From Octopus vulgaris (taxonomy: Eukaryota), in the NCBI GenBank assembly GCA_951406725.2, contig OX597817.1, forward strand, positions 72,168,001-72,232,000: a stretch of 64,000 bases of DNA, read 5' to 3'. This document shows positions 55,893-64,000 of the stretch, one piece after another. How positions within the stretch are numbered: position 1 is the stretch's first letter; each line of letters starts with the position of its first letter. Both the position numbers and the translations under genes were made by a program. The notes under the pieces are model-generated. The model searched no databases, was not told where the DNA came from, and saw only the letters and a program-made list of their open reading frames with translations.

Positions 55893-56430
55893 GAGTGAGA
55901 GAGCGGTACATGCCATCAAAGTGACACTGGGGTAAAATATACGAAGCCCAATATACCCATCATGACTACACGTCTGATAAGGGTACACTAGGCACATGTA
56001 TCACAACCATATGTGCACCACATGGTGGTCTCATATCAAGATAACCAGCACATGACCTTGAAGGTGGGGCTCAGTTAGAATTTTCTTCTGGTCGAGTAAC
56101 TCATCCCACTCAAAAGGTCCCTGAATAAGGGTTGTTTAAGGAAGTTGAACGAAACACCCATGTCTCCAGAGGTGAAGTATTCAAATCCCAAAGAATCTAT
56201 GATGCTCCCCACTACTTCTGCTCGTGATCAGAGATGCACATATCGTCAGCCACAAAGGGACATGCTCATCTGGTTAAGGTCAAACAACTGACAAGTAAAT
56301 CTGTGGTATTGAGCAGAATATTTGCTGTAGCCCATATTTCATACCAAGGCAAAAAAATGTACATGATAACACTTCCTATCAATTAAGATCAGCAGCCATG
56401 AGAGACACTGTCTGGTACTGCATCAGGGCA
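55893..56430 (-). mobile_element. ~540-bp non-coding element inserted in (TAA)n, full copy
   Basis: Same termini as 61627-62180 (gagtgagagagc..ggtactgcatcagg), with (TTA)n on both sides. Confidence 0.85.
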
Positions 56431-56439
56431 TTATTATTA

Positions 56440-56523
<84 letters not shown>

Positions 56524-56945
56524 TGGAAAAGAGCAGATGGGTTGCAAACATAAACAGTATCAATCACGACGATATACAAGTGAAAAGCGCTGATTTAGAA
56601 ATGAATGACTGCCTCATGATGTGTGAAGAATCTTTATTTCGCAGACCGTTTGTTACAAATTTCTATTGGAAGATAATATATGTTTTAGTCTTGAAATTGA
56701 AGTCGAGACAACTTAACCACTTTGCATAATAGCAATCAGCTTAAACATGCACATGGTCCATAAATTGTGGTGTTATTCAAGGAAATGTAGAGACGTTCCG
56801 ACCATAATTTTGTTTGTTTTTCCTTTATAATAATTATTATTTGTTTTCCCGTGCAGACATTCCTCGCAGACATGTCGGCGATTTGGAGCTGTCAGCCACG
56901 TTACAATTTAAAATATCAGACATATCTCCTAAACTGAATGTTTAC

Positions 56946-56977
<32 letters not shown>

Positions 56978-57825
56978 CGTATATACATATATGGGTATAT
57001 ATATATATATCCATAAAATATAATGGAAATGTTTATAGAACTATCATAAGGAAACACTTTGATGCAATATATTTTCTTGTGTTATAAATTATTTACATAC
57101 AAATGAAATCGAAGAAAAGTTATTTGCCTAAATATAATTTTGTATTCAAACTTATAATTTATTTGCATTTAGAAAATGTTTACATACATATAAAATCGAG
57201 CAATGATGTCATTATCTGAGAGAATGTCATTTCGTATTCTAGCTAAAGTTATTTATATTATTGATTTCTTTTTGTGACTTAATACACTGTAAATCTAGTT
57301 GTAGGGAACTAACGTACAATATTATGGTGAGTATTGTATATTATTTTGTATTATCAAAATTATTAACCGAATGACAGACTTGGTATTGTTTAGCTCCAAG
57401 CGAATAGACATATGATCAAAGCTAGTCAAGCCAAACCAATACCGCTTTCATTCAAACGTAATATATCTAGGACTAAATTGTCTTATTTCAATGATTGTTT
57501 GGAGACCTGTTCCCCAACCGTTCACTTCCTTCTTCAAAAATGATCTGGGCAGTATGCATATATGTGTATGCATAAGAAACCATTTTGAATATCATTTTTC
57601 AGTAGCCATTTGGTAATTGCGTGTTTTCACTGCTCGGTCTGTGTGCCGATAAGTGCAGTGTTTCGTTTTGGTACTTTCTATAATATTGAAAGTACTCACT
57701 TTAATATGTCTAGAGCTCCAACAGTTCTCTGATGTTGTGCATATTTGTAAGTCCCAGAATTTTTACCCGAATGCTTTTAATCATCCCCAGAGAACCTATT
57801 ATTATACATATTTTATCGATTATCT

Positions 57826-58050
57826 TTTGTTTCAGTCATTTGATTGTGGCCATACTGAAGCACCGCCTTGAAGGGCTTTTAGTCAAAGAAATTGACCGCA
57901 GAATTTTTTTAAGCCTATTACTTATTCTATCGGTGTCTTTTGCCGAACAGCTAAGTTGTGGAGACGTAAACATACTAACACCGGTTGTCAAGTGGTGGTG
58001 GGGAAAAACAGATACAAAACACACATTAATATAAATGTATATATCTTTAG

Positions 58051-58110
<60 letters not shown>

Positions 58111-58480
58111 AGGCGCGTGGCTTGGTGGTTTAGGTGTAGGCATCATGATCGTAAGATTGTGGTTTCGATTCCTGGACTGGGCGACGTGTGTGCTCTTGAG
58201 CAAAACACTTCATTTCAGGTTGCTCCAGTCCACTCAGCTGGCAAAACTGAGTAATGCTGCAATGGACTGGCGTCCCATCCATCATTCGCAATTGAAACCG
58301 GGAAACCGGCTCCATGAGCCTGGCTAAGCTTTAAAAGGGCGCATTTATTTTTTATTATTATATATATAATGGGCTTCTTTCAAATTCACTCACTCGGCTC
58401 TAGGCGATAATAGAAGACACTTGCCCAAGGTGTCAGGCGGTGGGACATAATCTGGAACCATGTTTTTGGGAAACAAATTG
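57826..58480 (-). mobile_element. CORE-type tRNA SINE with a second SINE nested in its (GT)n tract
   Basis: Family tail tttcagtcatttga and CORE-like acttgcccaaggt at ~58419-58431. Confidence 0.8.
58108..58345 (+). mobile_element. Nested tRNA-derived SINE
   Basis: A-box-like tggcttggtgg, B box ggtttcgattcc and conserved ccagtccactcagctg. The head resembles 3076. Confidence 0.75.
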
Positions 58481-60298
58481 TTTATGTTTTCAGTCATCAC
58501 ATTCTGATTATCTCTACTTCTATATCTTAATTCCTTTTAGAGATAGATTATGTTGAAGGGTATCAGTCTTCAGCAACAATATCCGAAAGATTAGTCTTGC
58601 AATCTACACACAAACCTCGATTTCACATTCTCTCATGTAGTTTCTGGTACATATAAATACCATCTCTTTACTGTTGCTATTTAATATTATTGATATAACT
58701 GCCTGTGATGTGTAAGCTCCGACTCTGTAGATCTGTAAACTTGTAGATACATTTTTCTTGGCTAGGAGAAGGCAACTGTAGAAAAAAATATATCATTGTT
58801 TTTATCTAACCGCATATATTTTTCCATTACTTAATGTATTTTGCTTCATTATCATCGATAACATAAAGAACCAGTGAAGGACAGGAGTTGGGGTATCGAC
58901 TAACCTCATCCCCTCAAAATTTCTGGCCTTGTACATAAATTGAAACTACTACTACTACTAGTTGTGGTGGGGGTATTGATGGTGGGGTGAAGATGTTGTA
59001 GTAGTAGTAGTAGTGAGGCACTGGATTGGTAGAATCCTTAGAACTTATTACGAAATTAAGTTACTTAAGTTTCGCTCCTTTACATTCTGAACTGAAATGA
59101 GTTGGAAATTGACTTAGGCATTTATCTTTCCGAAATTGAAAAAGTCAACTACTAGTTAAGTACTTTAACTAATGATGTTGATATAATCCACTAAAATTCG
59201 ACCATCATTAATATATACATCTTTGCCTTCCCGCTATCACAGTTGTCTCTTATACTGCAGAGCCTGATAACCGAAATACCAAACATATATTGAGGGATCG
59301 ATATAGTGATCTCAATATAATCTAAAAACAAAAACAAGATATGTGGTCTTGTGACTATTTCAGAAATCAGTGTCGTAATATATTTTCAAAGCTCTAGCCT
59401 TGTGTGTCCTCAGATCAGATAGCAAGCTGTCATTGATTTTCATTTTTACAGGATCGATAAAAAAATATGTATTGATCACGTATAGGGAAATGATATAATA
59501 AACTTCATCCTTCCGAAAGATATATGGGCTTGTTTATTCACAAAAATTTCAACTGGATGAGTCGAGAAATGAGTATTAGAATGGAGTTCCAAGAATCGAT
59601 TTTTATAATTCTATTGACTCTTCCAGTTAAAATTATACGCATGAAATAAAATAACCCTACCACACCACAAATATATGGTTTGTTTTTCCACTTCTCAAAT
59701 TTTGCATGATTAGATATATTTTGGCCAGTTAGCAACTAGCTTTGAAATTCATTTAAAACCATCTATAACACTTCAGAAGTTTCTACTTTATGAATATTCC
59801 TTTGTTGTAGATAACGAAATCTTTCTCGAATAAAATATAGGAATCAATGTATCAGTCTTAGAAACAATATGCCGGTATAAGAATCAATATACCGCTATAA
59901 AGTTAAGCACAGACTCCTGAATATCATTGTCACTGTCCAAAATGTTTTAATTATATATAAATAGAATCTGGAAGGTTGATAAAGACGATTCAGTGTCTGA
60001 TAAAATTTACTAATAAAAGCGTCAAATATAATCACTAGATCGCCTAACAAAATGCCTTTGTCGAGAGCCAGGAGATACTTTATCGATTACTTTCTCTCGC
60101 AAATATTTGTTCACGCTTTAGTTATGATAAAAATAATCATTGTTATTTGCTAGCAAAACCTGAGGAAATTCTACGTCTTATAATAATTTTGTTGCAGGTA
60201 TTTAATATTTTAATAGCATTCTTACGAATACGTTAAAGACTTTTATGATAATGATATTTCGATAACAGACTGAATGTTTGAAAAATTATCATCGAAAT

Positions 60299-60938
60299 AT
60301 CATTTACAGCGTTAATAATGATATGAAAAATATTAAGTATAACTCTTCGTTACTTTTATTTCCTTCTCTTTCTAACTGTTGCTATTTTCCATTCAGTTAC
60401 ATACTGGGATCGATTTGACTGCCTGAAATTTTCTTTTAAAATATCTTGTCAAAGTTAGTAAGTTTACGAGTCAAGTAATGCAGTCAGTAAAAATTTCACA
60501 TCAGCGTCCTGAATGAGGCGAATGGAGAGTAAGAGCGTCGACATTCAAAAAGAGTACGTAGTTGATTAGGAAAATCAGTTGGGTGGTCTATTCCGGAGAT
60601 ATTTCGGTCGAGGGAAGGTAGTTGTTATAACTCTTACCAGAGCCTTTAAACCGGTGACCAGACCCAAATGCTTGCATTAAAGGGGATTCTGTTGAAGAAA
60701 ACCACGACCCCAAGGAGTTGTTTAAAACCGTGTGGCAGATAAAACTTACCTCCCTAACAGCAGAAGGTGAAATTTGATCTCAGAATGCAAAGAACAGGAA
60801 CAAATAGATCATTTAAAGCGTTAATAATGATATGAGAAATATTAAGTATAATTCTTCGTTATTTTTACTTCCTTCTCTTTCTAACTGTTGCTATTTTCCC
60901 ATCAATCAGATACTGAGATCGATTTGACTACCTGAAAT
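60299..60938. repeat. Imperfect ~130-bp direct repeat
   Basis: 60299-60429 vs 60808-60938, with several substitutions. Confidence 0.85.
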
Positions 60939-61626
60939 GTATTTGGTCGACGTTTTTAAAGTTCTGCCAGTGCAATCACTTTGTTCTGATACATTTTATT
61001 AACCCTGAAGGGATGAAAAGCAAAATTGACCTCGAGACGGAATTCGAAAACATAGCGCACATAGTCGGAATAAATTTTGTGAAGAATTCTACTCGATACC
61101 TTAATGACTGTGTCAGCTTGCTATCAATAGTTAACTTTCAAAAATACCTCATTTGACAGTGCTTCAGACAGACATTACTGATTCAAAACAAACTCTACGA
61201 GTACGGAGACACCGTCAGTTAGCTTTGTGCGAAATGTGCCAAGAGTTTCCGAGCATGGCTGATTTTTGATATTTTGTCGAACACTTGTCACCGTGCGTAG
61301 GGTAGACCAGAATATCGAGCAAGTTCCATTATAATAATTCTCATTCCGCCTTCTTTTTGGTTTGGAAAAGCAAACGTTTTCATCTGTCTAAAAGGTATGC
61401 CAACAAAAATTGTGACATGGATGAGATTGAAAGTATTAAAGACGGACACATCTTTGCCCAGGCTGACATTGGTGTTTCAAATTATACTTGAGTGTAAAGA
61501 GGGAGAGAGAGAAAGAAAGAAGGAAGTATTGGGGTCGATGTAATCGACTTAAACCCTTCCCCGAAATTTTAGGCCTTGTGCCTATAGTAGAAGGGGTTAT
61601 TATTATTATTCATTATTATTATTATT

Positions 61627-62179
61627 GAGTGAGAGAGCAGCGCATGCCATCAAAGTGACACTGGAGTAAAATATACGAAGCCCAATATACCCATCATGAC
61701 TACCCGTCTGATAAAGGTACACCAGGCACATGTATCACAACCATATGTGCGCGACATGGTGATCTCATATCAAGATAAACAGCACATGACCTTGCAGGTG
61801 GGGCCCAGTTAGAATTTTCTTCTGAAGTGTAACCCGTCCTGCTCAAAAGGCCCCTGAATAAGGGTTGTTTAAGGAAGTTGAACGAAACACCCATGCTTCC
61901 AGAGGTGAATTATTCAGACCCCAAAAAATCCCTCTCAATACATGGCTATGATGTTCCCTCACTACTTCTGCTCGTGATCAGAGATGCACATATCGTCAGC
62001 CACTAAGGGACATGCTCAACTGGTTAAGATCAAACAACTGACAAGCAAATATGTGGTATTGAGCAGAATATTTGCTGTAGCCCATCTTTTATACCAAGAC
62101 AAAACAATGTACATGATAACACTTCCAATCAGTTAAGATCAGAAGCCACGAGAGCTACTGCCTGGTACTGCATCAGGCC

Positions 62180-62180
<1 letters not shown>
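61627..62180 (-). mobile_element. ~550-bp non-coding element inserted in (TAA)n, full copy
   Basis: Homologous to 55893-56430, with (TTA)n on both sides. Confidence 0.85.
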
Positions 62181-62231
<51 letters not shown>

Positions 62232-62247
62232 GTTATTATTATTATTC

Positions 62248-62825
62248 AGTAGTTTTATTTTTATTTTTATAGCGTGCTTTCACTTCACTACCGAGCGCAG
62301 CTCTGTGTGCCTTAGGTATGTGCTGTGATTTGTTGTGATGCTCTGATGGTTATTGTATGGAGAGTGTTCTGCGTAGGATGTGTGCAGTGCCTAGTAGTGC
62401 AATTTTCTGTATGTTATATGTGTTTGTAAGTCCTGGTGTTTTTGTTATGTATTTGTCTGAATATTTTTTTATCATGCCTAATGCACCTACTATGATAGGA
62501 ATTGTTTCTGTTTTCAGATTCCACATTCTAGTTACCTCTATTTCCAGGTCTTTGTATTTTGAGAGTTTCTCCATTTCTTTTAGAGACACGTTGTCATCTG
62601 CCGGTACTGATACATCAATTAGAAAGCATTTTTTTTCTTCATGGTCTCTGACAACTATATCTGGTCTGTTGGCCTTAATTTCTCTATCTGTGTGTATCGG
62701 CATATCCCAGAGTATGGTTGCTTTCTCGTTTTCTGTGACCTTTTCTGGTGTGTGCCTATACCATCTTTTTTCTGTTGTTATTCCATAATGTTGGCATAGC
62801 TTCCAATGTATGTAAGTTCCAACTG

Positions 62826-62828
<3 letters not shown>
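62248..62828 (-). mobile_element. Young 5'-truncated R4/Dong insertion: uninterrupted RLE domain + 3' UTR
   Basis: Open 159-aa frame with ILWDMPIHTDREIKANRPDIVV..FLIDVSVP..KLSKY..QKIALLGTAHILRRTL. Perfect (TTA)n on both flanks. Confidence 0.92.
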
Positions 62829-62904
<76 letters not shown>

Positions 62905-62905
62905 T

Positions 62906-63120
62906 GGATCTTTTCTTTTGTTATCGGCAGGTCGATAAATTAATTTTATTTAGCCGAATACACGTCAATGTTTGGTTGAAATTACTGAAATACGACAACT
63001 TTAACATGAAATAACTTCGTAAATAGAAACTTTTCTCAACAACGCTAAGAATAAAAGATATTCTATATGACGCATTCTACCAGTATACGAAGTTTTAAAG
63101 TGTTTAGTTAAAGAAAATTA
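62906..63120. mobile_element. Fragment related to the MITE at 49126
   Basis: Starts ggatcttttc and shares cattctaccagtatacgaagttt. Confidence 0.55.
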
Positions 63121-63175
63121 ATTAATCGAGCTTCCCATGAAAAGGAAAAAATCCTTATTATTATTATTATTAGTC

Positions 63176-63246
<71 letters not shown>

Positions 63247-63600
63247 AATATTAATACGCTCACTTTTTTTGTACAGGCCTATTGTGTGTCACACGTCAAA
63301 GAAATGGCAAAGCGAGGGAGAGGAGGACAGAGACGAAGTAAGAGAGAGACTGAGAGAGAAAGGGAGAGGGAGAGTGAAAGTAAGAGAGTGAGAGAGCAAG
63401 AGAGAGAGTGACCAATGGAAGCTAAAATATTCTGAATTACAAACTATTTTAAAGTGTTCTAAACTCTCTTAATCCTATCTCCATACATCAGAAGATGTGA
63501 ACATGCTTTGCGTCTAGGAAACTTTCAGCAATGAGGAGTTCAATCACACTGTTGTTTGTGCATGTGTACACACACACACATACGCAGAAACACACACACA

Positions 63601-63995
63601 TCTTTTATCTTTTTCTTATTTCAGCCACTGAACTGCGGCCATGCAAGGGCACCCCCTTGAAGTATTTTTAGTCGAACGAGTCGACTCCAGTATTTGTATA
63701 TTTTTCGAAGCTTGGGCCTTATTCTATCGGTCTTCTTCGCCAAACCGCTAAGTCGCGGGGACGTAAACCCACCAGTACTAAATGTCAAGCGATGGTGGGA
63801 ACACAGATAAAAAGAAACACACACATACACATATACGATGGGATTCTTTCAGTTTCCGTCTACTAAATCCACCCACTATATCCACCCACAAGGCCTTCGT
63901 TGACCCGGAGCTCTAGTAGAAGTCACTTGCATTGAGACTGAACCTGGAACCATATCGATAGGAAGCGAACGTTTTACCACAGCCACACAGCCTGC
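63601..63995 (-). mobile_element. CORE-type tRNA SINE
   Basis: Same family as 30318, 41162 and 57826. The head (reverse complement of ccacagccac, gactgaacc) is near the window end. Confidence 0.8.
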
Positions 63996-64000
63996 ACGTA

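Noticed and set aside
61975-62010. CTGACGA on the minus strand of the TAA-associated element
   Set aside because: No stem II + GAAA at a suitable distance.

Overview
AT-rich, repeat-saturated eukaryotic (animal) DNA with no host protein-coding exon that I can support, so it is intergenic or intronic. The SINE families and microsatellite load are consistent with an octopus genome (inference). The window holds about ten fragments of R4/Dong-clade RLE non-LTR retrotransposons, mostly embedded in (TAA)n arrays in one fixed polarity. It also holds two Tx1/L1-type LINE relics, a full-length decayed Chapaev3-type transposon with a TTA TSD, Tigger/pogo, mariner and maT-type relics, a Merlin-like MITE, two Helitron-like elements, several tRNA-derived SINE families, long foldback palindromes and local duplications. 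The most notable item is a 638-bp non-coding element sitting in a (TA)n tract (19501-20138). It has perfect 50-bp terminal direct repeats and a minimal type I hammerhead ribozyme of the Penelope/retrozyme kind (19852-19943). A ~540-bp non-coding element inserted in (TAA)n arrays is a candidate non-autonomous partner of the Dong elements. Most ORFs in the supplied track are microsatellite or antisense artefacts.
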